A stretch of 64,000 bases of DNA from Zootoca vivipara (lineage: Eukaryota), in contig NC_083281.1 in assembly GCF_963506605.1 (NCBI RefSeq), forward strand, positions 44,454,001 to 44,518,000, given 5' to 3'. The position numbers and the translations under genes are program-made. The stretch's first letter is position 1. The number at the start of each line of letters is the position of its first letter. The notes under the pieces were generated by a model. It saw only the letters and a list, made by a program, of their open reading frames with translations. It was not told where the DNA came from and made no database searches. Shown in pieces: positions 44,838 to 56,492 of the stretch.

Positions 44838-46258
44838 CAGAATCATAGAGTTGGAAGGAACCACAAGGGCCATCCAGTCCAACCCCCTGCCAAGCAGGAA
44901 ACACCATCAAAGCATTCTTGACATATGGCTGTCAAGCCTCTGCTTAAAGACCTCCAAAGAAGGAGACTCCACCACCCTCCTTGGTAGCAAATTACACTGC
45001 CGAACAGCTCTTACTGTCAGGAAGTTCTTCCTAATGTTTAGGTGGAATCTTCTTTCTTGTACTGTAGTTTGAATCCATTGCTCTGTGTCTGCTTCTCTGG
45101 AGCAGCAGAAAACAACCTTTCTCCCTCCTCTATATGACATCCTTTTATATATTTGAACATGGCTATAATATCACCCCTTAACCTTCTCTTCTCCAGGCTA
45201 AACATACCCAGCTCCCTAAGCCGTTCCTCACAAGGCATCGTTTCCATGCCTTTGACCATTTTGGTTGCCCTCTTCTGGACACGTTCCAGCTAGTCAGTAT
45301 CCTTCTTGAACTGTGGTGCCCAGAACTGGACACAGTACTCCAGGTGATGTCTGACCAGAGCAGAATACAGTGGTACTATTACTTCCCTTGATCTAGATCA
45401 GGCACCCCCAAACTTCGGCCCTCCAGATGTTTTGGACTACAGTTCCCATCATCCCTGACCACTGGTCCCATTAGCTAGGGATCATGGGAGTTGTAGGCCA
45501 AAACATCTGGAGGGCCGCAGTTTGGGGATGCCTGATCTAGATGCTTGTGGTCTACCAAGACTCCTAGATCCTTTTCACATGTACTGCTCTCAAGCCAGGT
45601 GTCTCCCATCCTGTATTTGTGCCTTTCATTTTTTTTGCCCAAGTGTAGTACTTTACATTTCTCCTTGTTAAAATTCATCTTGTTTGCTTTGGCCCAATTG
45701 TCTAATCTGTTAAGGTCATTTTGAAGTGTGATCCTATCCTCTGGGGTATTAGCCACCCCTCCCAAATTGGTGTCGTCTGCAAACTTGCTCAGGATGCCCT
45801 CAAACCCATCATCCAAGTCATTGATAAAGATGTTGAATAAGACTGGGCACAAGACAGAACCCTGTGGCACCCCACTAGTCACTACTCTCCAGGATGAGGA
45901 GGAGCCATTGATGAGCACCCTTGCTGAAATCAAGATAGGCTACATCCACAGCGTTCCCTTCATCTACCAGGCTTGTAATTTTGTCAAAAAAATGAGATCA
46001 GATTAGTCTGACATGACTTATTTTTCAGAAACCCATGCTGACTTTTAGTGATCACAGCGTTTCTTTCTAGGTGCTCACAGACTGTTTGCTTAATGATCTG
46101 CTCTAGAATCTTTCCTGGTATTGTGTCAGGCTGACTGGCGGTAATTGTTTGGGTCCTCTCTTTTCCCCTTTTTGAAAATAGGGACAACATTTGCCCTCCT
46201 CCAGTCTGCTGGAACTTCGCCTGTTCTCCAGGAATTTTCAAAGATTATTGCCAAAAAT
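44838..46258 (-). mobile_element. CR1 LINE, 5'-truncated, with internal deletions and frameshifts, interrupted by a MITE
   Basis: RT motifs SGVPQGSVLCPVLFNIFINDLD...KFADDT, QHGFLKNKSCQTNL; CR1 3' UTR; candidate TSD TATAGTTA (44830-44837 and 46259-46266). Confidence 0.92.
45399..45534. mobile_element. hAT-type MITE nested in CR1
   Basis: Perfect TSD ATCTAGAT. Confidence 0.9.
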
Positions 46259-46805
46259 TATAGTTAGATACAACAAATTCTTTAAAGCAGAAGTTGTGTG
46301 CTTTGTCTTGTCTTTCCTAAATCTACTGTGGATCAGTTGGTGATCCCTCAGTCATAATATTAAGAGAAGGCAATATATTTATTTTCTATCCATCCATATC
46401 ACATCACCCATAGCATTATCAACCTCTAGCATATTCTTCCAGAATTGTCTTCTTTTGCTCAAACAGTTAAACAAAATAATAGAGGGGTTGTTTGCTTTCT
46501 TGAGGAAAGGTTTTTCTTTTTCTGCATCTGTCCAACTCTACTGTAGCCTTCTTCAGGTGTGTTAATAAAGTTAATATTAATTAAGTGTGGTGGGGAGTAG
46601 CTCCAGGGACAGTCCTGTTAGCACTGCCTCCCACTGCTATTCTGATTGCACTCTGCACAATTTGGAGAATGACAGCAGGCAGAGCTAGCAAACTTGTCTC
46701 CATAGGGCCCCCCATATTTTTGGCTAGCATATGCAAAAAAATGTGTCATTAAGCTAGCTGTCTAGAATCCATAAGGACAGGAAACAGGGATATGAACATA
46801 TAGAC

Positions 46806-46941
46806 CAGGCATCCCCAAACTGTGGCCCTCCAGATGTTTTGGCCTACAACTTCCATGACCCCTAGCTAAGAGGACCAGTCATCAGGGATGATGGGAATTG
46901 TAGTCCAAAACATCTGGAGGGCCGAAGTTTGGGGGTGCCTG
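46806..46941. mobile_element. hAT-type MITE
   Basis: TSD ATATAGAC/TTATAGAC. Confidence 0.88.
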
Positions 46942-47191
46942 TTATAGACTTACCTCTTTATACGAACATCTGGACTTGCACTCTCAAAAACAAGGATATG
47001 AACATATATGAGGATGAGACTGAAAAGGACTGTTGCCTACAGCTGCTCAATGTATCTAGAAGAGTTTACAACTCAAGTCTCTTAGCTACTTTGTTACACT
47101 GCTGTTTATCATAATACTGTAAATTTGTTAGTCATTAAACTGCCATAAGATTCTTTGTTGTTTTAGCTCTCTGAGATAATACAATTTAGAT

Positions 47192-47321
47192 CAGGCATCC
47201 CCAAACTTCTGCCCTCCATATGTTTTGGACTACAATTCCCATCTTCCCTGACCACTGGTCCTGTTAGCTAGGGATCATGGGAGTTGTAGGCATATGGAGG
47301 GCCGCAGTTTGGGGATGCCTG
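47192..47321. mobile_element. hAT-type MITE
   Basis: Perfect TSD ATTTAGAT. Confidence 0.88.
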
Positions 47322-47722
47322 ATTTAGATCCTTGCCTTGCTATTGGAAGCTTCTGGTTGTTGCTGCTGGGTAGTGCCAAAGCTCTGTGTACAATGGAGGA
47401 ATAAAGCCCATTGAGCATAGTGGGACTTTCTTCTGTGCAAATCTGCAGAAAGTGGTGGGAACTCAAAAGTGAGAGGGCAGTTGAATGCCACACAGGAAAA
47501 TCTCCACAGCTGGGTTGCAGCCATAGAAAAGGCCCTCATGTGCCAACGAACATGGCATCACCCTGTGTCGTGATATAGAGAAGGGCCTCTCCATCTTGTG
47601 TATGGGAGAAGGAATTCTTTAGGTTCCCTGGACTCCAAGCCATTTGGGGCTTATAAAGGTAATCTCCAGAACTTTAATTGTACCTGGAAATGTTTTGCTA
47701 ACTAGAGCAGTTGTCCTTAAGT

Positions 47723-48071
47723 CAGTGTTTCTCAACCTTTTTTGGGCCACGGCACACTTGTTCCGTGAAAAAAATCACGAGGCACACCACCATTAAAAAA
47801 GTTAAAAAATTTAACTCTGTGCCGCCCTATATTATAATTATGACTGTAAGAAACACTTGCCAAATATTGCTTTCTGGTGGGTCAGTGCTGTGTATTGGTG
47901 GCCGCCAGGCTCGTTTGCACTGAGCTTTGGGAAAGAGGAGGAGAAATATTGCTTTCTGGCGGATTAGTATTGATTATTGGCGGCCGCCAGGCACGTGACA
48001 ATGCAAATCGCCCTTCTCGTCGCTGCACGTCGCGGCACACCAGCCAGCGGAACAGCGGTTGAGAAACGCTG
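47723..48071. mobile_element. hAT (Charlie-like) non-autonomous transposon inserted in an L2 remnant
   Basis: TIR CAGTGTTTCTCAACC / GGTTGAGAAACGCTG; perfect TSD CCTTAAGT; internal duplication of about 50 bp. Confidence 0.88.
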
Positions 48072-48650
48072 CCTTAAGTGACCACAATATTTTCCCACAT
48101 TCATGAGCATCCCAAGCCACACTGTGGACCAGTTAAAGCTTCCAGAGGTTCTCTTCATAGGTAGCCTCATGTAGTACATTGCAGCAGTACAGTCTTTATG
48201 TAACCAAGACGTGTTACTGTGGCTAGATACAGAAATGAACTTAGTTGGTGTACCAGGCTAAACTGGGCAAACGTCCTCTGGCCACAGCTACTTCCTTGCT
48301 CTTCAGAAGGTGGTTGGACCCAGGAGAACTCCCAAACTATGCACCTTTATTTTTCAAGATGTCTGCTACTTTCTTTAGAAAAGACTGAACACTGCACATA
48401 CTGCTTTTCAGCAGGATTGTGTAAAGCTGCATTAACTCTTCATTACTAACTATTTAACATAGCATGAAAACAGCATGGAAACTACCGTACCGTGCCAAAA
48501 TGATTACCGGTAGTCCTGTTCCTTTCTTGTGACGAATCTCACAAAGGTCCTTGACACAGAAGTGATGTTGCAGCTATGAAATCTTGCTTCAGTTAATGGA
48601 CATTAAAAAAAATTATTTCTCAGTGTTGTGCTACACCCCAGAGGCATGCC

Positions 48651-48656
48651 TCTCTC

Positions 48657-48704
<48 letters not shown>

Positions 48705-48709
48705 AGAGA
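48651..48709. repeat. (TC)(TG)n(AG)n compound microsatellite
   Basis: Read directly from the sequence. Confidence 0.9.
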
Positions 48710-50268
48710 TGTAGTGTTGAATCTTGCACTGTTAATTGGAATGCTTTTAGCACTCTTTTTAGAGCTGGATGTGTCTGAACTCTCTTGGACTTAGGAGGAG
48801 GAATTTTAAATACACTACTAAAAGCAGACTATAGGATTGGTGTGAACTCAGCTATCGTAATATGGGAAGTTCTTGATGTTCAGCAACATAGTTATTAACT
48901 GGAATTGGTGTACAAAGCAATGTGACTTGTTTTGTCCCTGGCTGCAGAGTGGGCTGTGCATTGAAATAGCACAATGACATTTTCTTTACTACACAAGATT
49001 GTTCTACATTGCAAATGTGCATTGTCTATTGGTGTTGTATGTGTTTATCAAGTGAACCTGCATTGCAGGGCTAGAGCTATCATAATTGAATGGAGTCTCT
49101 ATGAATCCTAAATTGTTTGGGCTTTGTGAAACGTTTCTTAGGACTTCTCCTGAATCTCTCATTATACATTTCCTTCTCTCTTTTCCTTCTCAGTCATTTT
49201 AGAGTGGTTAATCTTGAAGACAGCCTATCAGCATGCATCTTCTCTAATTTTGTGCTCCAGTTTTATTTTCTTCAAGACGGAGCTTACCTTTGAATATGCA
49301 ATCCACCAGGAATGCCTCCTCCTCAACATTGTTTAAATGAGTGGGACTTGGGGAATGGCACACAACTATATTGTCTTGTCTCTTGCTTAGGTCCACAACA
49401 CTTTTGGTATGGCTGTGGCATGAACACTGAATAGGTAACACCCAGGCACAATTTCCACCTCACAATTCTACTCTACCTATGCAAGCAGAGTAACAGGAGA
49501 CTATCTGGCATGTATGTGGAGTTGTATGTGTGTGAGAGAGAAATAAATTTTGTTGCCTTTAGTTCTTAGTGGATGCAAAGGAAAGAAACTCTGTTTCCCT
49601 GCCTAGCAACCATAAATCCTTTTTGTATTTGCTTGAGTAATGATTCCTCAACATAGTGATTGTCAGTTGCCTTATTAAAAGAGGGTGGAGGAGGAGAGAG
49701 ACTCTATGCAAGCCTCTTCCAGAATAAGGAATCAAGCTGAAGAAGGATCAGCTGTTGACAACAACCTTGATTTGAAGTGGATGAGAATCAGGGGAGAAGG
49801 AATAGAAGAGGGTCTAAAAATGCTTTAGAACATTAGAGACTAACCTTTTGGTCCAGTGTGCTGCAACTTATCAGAGGTATGAGAGAGGCCAACTGGAGTA
49901 GCAAGTGAACCCCTGTCTGCAGTGCAGATATAGTTGTTGGCTGCATAGCTGAGAAGCAGACAGCAGTGTTGGAGAAGCAAGCACAGGCCTCATTCTCTGC
50001 CTTAGCCAGCCCTGGGGGACCTCCTCCTCTACTGCAGTCAAGCCAGAAACTTCTACTTTCAATCTGTCACTGAAAAAAGTGCTGTAGCAGGAGTGGGGAA
50101 CCCTAGGCTGCTATCTTCCAGACTTCCTCTGGGATTCTGCCCAGGCCACACCTCTCACCAGCCTTGCTTCAAATTCTGCTTGAGTGTTTTTACTGGACTG
50201 GAATGTGTTATTGAACTCAGATAATACCTCTTGCTTACTTGTATGGAGGTTATAGAGTGGGATGTTAG

Positions 50269-50658
50269 TGTTGAAGATTCATTCCCCAGGTCTGCAGTCA
50301 TGGGATTGTTGTCTATTACATGATGGTGTGTGTTTTCTTTCCACAGAGTGGGAAGTGACGGAGACAGGATGTTTGTGTTACTGTGTTCCGTGAAGTGGGA
50401 CTATTGTCCTTTGTTCTCTCTCTTTGCTGTCTGATGCTAGAGAGAGAGGGAGCCATGTTGCAGTGCTCCGTGTGTGTTTATATGTAAATAAAGTAGATTA
50501 GCCAAATGCTGAGTTGCTGAGGTCTGTTACGCAAACTGCGAACACTCTGCAGATCCCCGAGTGTGCTGATGTCTGTTGGCATCAGACGCTGTGATGTTTG
50601 GGCAGAAGAAAGCTTTTGAAGCCCTCGAACGATTAACCAGGAGGGAGAGAACCTGCCA
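50269..50658 (+). mobile_element. Probable solo LTR
   Basis: TG...CA ends, internal AATAAA near 50487, 5-bp TSD GTTAG/GTTGG; interrupts an older element. Confidence 0.55.
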
Positions 50659-50882
50659 GTTGGATTAGTGTGTGTGTAGAAACTAGTACTGTACAAAGGT
50701 TTAATTTATGTTCATTGCTGTACCCACTTTTGCTTCTGGCCCTACTTCCCTCTGACATATGACCCCCAGAAGGGAATGTGGCCCTTAGGTTGAAAAAAGT
50801 TCCCATTCTGGAACAAGAGAACCCTTTATAAATGGATACGTAATCAACATGAATGAGCTGGCACACGCCACATATGTACATA

Positions 50883-51132
50883 CAGTGGAACCTCAGTTTA
50901 TGACTACCTCCGTTTACAAAAACCTCCGTTTACAAACGCCGCGGACCCAGAAGTGTTTACATCTGGGTTCCATGGCGTCGGATGTGCAGAAGCGATCTGT
51001 GCAGCGTGTGTGTGCGCAGAAGCACTCTATTGGCGCTTCGCGCATGCGCAGAAGCGTGCCTTCGGCAAGCAAATACCTCGGCGAGTGAACGCCTCCGCGG
51101 AACGGATTGCGTTCGCAAACGAGGTACCACTG
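50883..51132. mobile_element. Tigger/pogo-type MITE
   Basis: TA|CAGTGGAACCTC...GAGGTACCACTG|TA. Confidence 0.85.
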
Positions 51133-52353
51133 TACATTGTATATTGGCAAGAGTTGCATTGACCAACTAGAGGAAAATGAATGTCCCAGCATTCCATTTA
51201 ATTCACCCACCCAGCCATGTGCAGTTGCTGGGAAGCCCAACAGGGAGGAATGGTGTTGCCCTCAGGCACTGTTTGATATTTCTGACCACTGTTAGAACAG
51301 GATGCTGGCCTAATCTGTAGGCCCTTATGTTCTTAAGTTTCACCAAGTGATAAATTGTAGGCTGGTTATTTTTCTGTTAGAAGTTGGCTATTTTTCTGTT
51401 CTGTTTTCCAAACATTATAGTTTCATTTTAATGGAGGTTGTTGTTTCAGAGCACAGATATTGGCTTAATGCAGCAGGAACTATTGACAGATCTTCAATCT
51501 TGATTTTGATGAGTTTTGCTCTACCTGGCTTTTGGACTACTATTTGATTCAGAGAACTTAGTTTACTGCCTTCTGCCAGATCCACTTCTTTGGTGTCTCA
51601 GTTGTTGCTTTTTCCTCAGCCAGATGTGATGATTCTGGCATCATTCTGCTCATGACTGTGCTATTGCTTTCCATACTGAGCAACCACATTAAGAGTCTGA
51701 CTGCAGTCCCTTGAATGCAGTAAAATTCTATCCATGTAAAGGCAATAACTTCTGTGCACCAATGGTCTGGAAAATATTGAATCCTGTCATTTGGGAAGAA
51801 AGCCCCCTATTTCTTGGCTGGTCCAGGGCTAAATAGCCATTGAACAACAAGAGCACCTAAGCATCTCGCCCCCATCCCTGCCACTGCTGCTGTCTTCATT
51901 CAAAATTCAGCATATTCAGACCTAGCCTTCTATTGTTGGATCCTGCTATTAGCTGAATTCACTCCCCACAGATTGCAAAATCCCGGGGATATAAGGGAGG
52001 CTTCAGCCGAGGCAGCACTTTCCCATTTTGCTTCAATGAAACAGGATGTCCTTCCTCCAATATTTAGCAATGTGCTATTAAAATTCTTTCCTAGCATCCA
52101 TTACTGTCTGCTCGTACTTTTTTTTAGCCAAAGTTTTAAGGTGTAGCTTGAATTCCAGCTTTTTGTGAATGAGACTAGTTTTAGCTGTTTTTAAGATGAG
52201 TTGAGAGCTGAAATGTTCACATACAAAATTGCTTAACCATTTTAACCTAAGAAAATACTAAGCTTTCTATCTGTTTTTAAACCTACCATTTTAAAATCAA
52301 ACCTGACTCTCTCACTAGCTAGATTTCTATTGTGTGGAACTATGTATATTGGA

Positions 52354-52701
52354 GGGATGTGGGTGGCGCTGTGGGTTAAACCACAAAGCCTAGGGCTTGC
52401 CGATCAGAAGGTTGGCGGTTTGAATCCCTGTGACGGGGTGAGCTCCCGTTGCTTGGTCCCAGCTCCTGCCAACCTAGCAGTTCGAAAGCACGTCAAAGTA
52501 CAAGTAGATAAATAGATACCGCTACAGCGGAAAGGTAAACACCGTTTCCGTGTGCTGCTCTAGTTCGCCAGAACGACTTTGTCATGCTGGCCACATAACC
52601 TGGAAGCTGTATGCCGGCTCCCTCAGCCAATAATGCGAGATGAGCGCCACAACCCCAGAGTCTGTCATGACTGGACCTAATGGTCAGGGGTCCCTTTACC
52701 T
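52354..52701 (+). mobile_element. Full-length Sauria SINE (lacertid POM-type)
   Basis: GGGATGTGGGTGGCGCTGTGGGTTAAACCAC...CCTAATGGTCAGGGGTCCCTTTACCTT; 13-bp TSD TATGTATAT(T/C)GGA. Confidence 0.88.
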
Positions 52702-54068
52702 TATGTATATCGGAGTTTTCTTTTTACCCCTTCCAGCTTCCCTGCTAGGGTAGTGCTGAAAACTAGGTTTCTACAGGCTTCCCACAGCTGTAGTTTAGTT
52801 CCTGACTCATAATTTAGTCCTGTGGAACAGAGAGGTATAAAGAGGCTTCAGTTACAGGGATGTTTATTATATTGTTTTTAAGGTTTTTATTAAAACCTTA
52901 ACTTTTAGAAAATGTATAGAATGCTAAGGTTTTGATTCAAATGCAATTTTATGTGGAGATTTGTCGGCCAACCTTTCCTTGGTACAAATGCCAGCATTTT
53001 GCACTAGAGTTTCCACCAGTCTTTGCCAGCATGACTCTGCTGGCTAGGGCTGATGGGAGTTGTAGTCCAAAGATCAGGATGACATCAGTTTGGGGGGGGC
53101 TGGTCAAGGCTAACCCAGGTTCTGAATCACATTTTGTGATCCAGTGCTGTCAGCTCGCCTTACCAATGCTTTTGCACAGTTCAGTTTAAAAGTACTATTT
53201 TTAAATAAAAGTACTATTTTATTTTAAAATAAATGTAACTACCTTTTTACATTTCTAATAATTTTCAGTGAGGTTGGGCAAGGCTGGTTTAAGAGATGCC
53301 TGATCCTCACTCTTGATTTTCTCCACCTACTGCCCTTCCCTTCCCTTCCCACCCCACTCTTGCTGTTTGGATAGAAGAAAGGCCAAATGTGGGTTAAATC
53401 TAGCAATATTCTCAGGATCATTCCAGCATTTTTACAGATTTGCAAGTGTGTTTTATACTGATTTATGGTTGCTTCCCTGTGTGTTGTTTAAAAGCGAGAG
53501 CAGGGAAATGCATCATCGGGAGCAGCCCATGGAGTGTGCTTTGCTTTACATACTTAATGGCTTCATTGTCATTGCAGAAGTTTGCTGGTGCTCTTGGTGT
53601 CGTCTTACCGACGATGTAGTTAATGAAAAAGAGAGATGAACCGGATCAAAGTGGAGTGTGTGCTGTTCCTTCTGTCAGTACCAGACGCACTGCTGCACCT
53701 TCTGGAACCGGCGGTGGCAGCCTTAACTGGGTGGGAGGGCAACTGCTTTGGTCACTGTCTGCCAGCAGAGGCTTTTCTGTCAGCGGTGCACAGTCATTCT
53801 CTGCCAAAGGGGAAGCAGCTCACAAGGAGATGCTGAGACGACATCCTGTACTGCATTGCAGGGCATGAAATTGTCTTTTCTCTTTGACCTGGCTCTCTCC
53901 CTGGCTTCCATGGCCATCGACTGTGCTATTTATTGGATTATTGAAGTCTGATGGCCATTTACGTTAGCAAAGAGCCCAGGCCCTGGCGATAGGGGAGGTT
54001 CACGTGGTCTCCATTGTCTGGAGCCAGCCTGATTATTTGCATTTTTTGGCATTTGCATGAATTCTGGG

Positions 54069-55487
54069 TGTAGCACCTTAAGGTGCTACACCCAATATGC
54101 CAGCAAGTTTGGAAAACTCAGCAATGGCCAGAGGATTGGAGAAGATCAGTCTACATCCCAATTCCAAAGAAGGGCAGTGCCAAAGAATGCTCCAACTACC
54201 GCACAATTGCGCTCATTTCACACGCTAGCAAGGTTATGCTCAAAATTCTACAAGGCAGGCTTAGGCAGTATGTGGACCGAGAACTCCCAGAAGTGCAAGC
54301 TGGATTTCGAAAGGGCAGAGGAACCAGAGACCAAATAGCAAACATGCGCTGGATTATGGAGAAAGCTAGAGAGTTCCAGAAAAACGTCTACTTCTGCTTC
54401 ATTGACTATGCAAAAGCCTTTGACTGTGTCGACCACAGCAAACTATGGCAAGTTCTTAAAGAAATGGGAGTGCCTGATCACCTCATCTGTCTCCTGAGAA
54501 ATCTCTATGTGGGACAAGAAGCTACAGTTAGAACTGGATATGGAACAACTGATTGGTTCAAAATTGGGAAAGGAGTACGACAAGGTTGTATATTGTCTCC
54601 CTGCTTATTTAACTTATATGCAGAATTCATCATGCGAAAGGCTGGACTAGATGAATCCCAAACCGGAATTAAGATTGCCGGAAGAAATATCAACAACCTC
54701 AGATATGCAGATGACACAACCTTGATGGCAGAAAGTGAGGAGGAATTAAAGAACCTTTTAATGAGGGTGAAAGAGGAGAGCGCAAAATATGGTCTGAAGC
54801 TCAACATCAAAAAAACCAAGATCATGGCCACCGGTCCCATCACCTCCTGGCAAATAGAAGGGGAAGAAATGGAGGCAGTGAGAGATTTTACTTTCTTGGG
54901 CTCCTTGATCACTGCAGATGGTGACAGCAGTCACGAAATTAAAAGACGCCTGCTTCTTGGGAGAAAAGCAATGACAAACCTAGACAGCATCTTAAAAAGC
55001 AGAGACATCACCTTGCCGACAAAGGTCCGTATAGTTAAAGCTATGGTTTTCCCAGTAGTGATGTATGGAAGTGAGAGCTGGACCATAAAGAAGGCTGATC
55101 GCCGAAGAATTGATGCTTTTGAATTATGGTGCTGGAGGAGACTCTTGAGAGTCCCATGGACTGCTAGAAGATCAAACCTATCCATTCTTAAGGAAATCAG
55201 CCCTGAGTGCTCCCTGGAAGGACAGATCGTGAAGCTGAGGCTCCAATACTTTGGCCACCTCATGAGAAGAGAAGAATCCTTGGAAAAGACCCTGATGTTG
55301 GGAAAGATTGAGGGCACTAGGAGAAGGGGACGACAGAGGACAAGATGGTTGGACAGTGTTCTCGAAGCTACCAACATGAGTTTGACCAAACTGCGGGAGG
55401 CAGTGCAAGACAGGAGTGCCTGGCGTGCTATGGTCCATGGGGTCACGAAGAGTCGGACACGACTAAACGACTAAACAACAACAACAA
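54069..55487 (+). mobile_element. BovB (RTE) LINE, 5'-truncated, intact 463-codon RT ORF (54083-55474)
   Basis: NYRTIALISHASKV, FIDYAKAFD, GVRQGCILSP, LRYADD motifs; (CAA)n tail; 13-bp TSD CATGAATTCTGGG (54056-54068 and 55488-55500). Confidence 0.96.
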
Positions 55488-56011
55488 CATGAATTCTGGG
55501 ATTAGCTTTTCTTCTTCAGGAGCAAAATCTTGTCAGGATGAGTAGGCCATATCTTGGGAAAAGGCATATACTAGTACGTACATTCTCTGCGCCTTGGGTT
55601 CCAGTGTGCACATTGCACACTTCCCTGTAGGGACAAGCATATTGGGATGCTATCTGCCCTTCCAGACCCCAGCCACTGAAACCTGTTCTTACCTACATAG
55701 CTCTATCCTGGATTCTGCTTCTTGGTCACCCTTAAGTGTCATGGTATGTGGGGAAATGGCTTCATTTGTATCAGGGGTGGAGGACCTTAGACCCAGAGGC
55801 CAAAGGCAGCCCTCCGGGCCTCTTTCACTGAGCACTGGGTCTTTGCTCAGGCCACACACCCCTCCCTAGGCTACAGTCTTCTGATCAGCCCTGTTCCATA
55901 CACTCCTCAAATGCTTTTTTTTTTTTTTGCATTCTGGAACTTTAATAATGACTTTTGATTGCCTGGATGGAGAGATGGAAGTGTGCATAGAAACCTCTAA
56001 CTGAACATGGA

Positions 56012-56492
56012 TGTCAGGGGGACTTCTTACAGGGACCTTCCCCCAGTCATCCTGACCAACACTTCGCCCAGTGACAGCACTAGCAGCGGGTCAGGAGGAG
56101 GGAATGAGGAATGGAGCGGGGTGGAGAGTGGGCTCTCAGGTGCATCAGAGCCAAGGCACCAACCCAGCTGGCCAGAGAGGGAAGTGCATCGCAGCGAGGT
56201 GCCGGAGCCTCTGCAGTGCTCCAGCCAGAGGACGGGAGAAGGAACGCAGCCCTTTCCGGCACCCGAATTGAGGCACGCGCCCACCCGCAGGGCTAGGGGG
56301 AGGCGCTTTGGGGTGCCCAGGGTTTTATGCTGGCCGAAGAGCCGGAAGCAGCCATTGCCAGGTTCTGAATTGGACTAGGCAGTCATGTTTTCTGATCTCT
56401 CTGCACTGTAAATAATATGCACAATAAAACCCTGAAAGACAGAGCTGACTGGAGCGTCTTTACTCGAGAGTAGCCGCAACAATCCCCTAACA
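56012..56492 (+). mobile_element. Probable solo LTR (Gypsy-like)
   Basis: Terminal inverted TGTCAGGGG / CCCCTAACA, AATAAA near 56423; TSD not evident. Confidence 0.55.
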
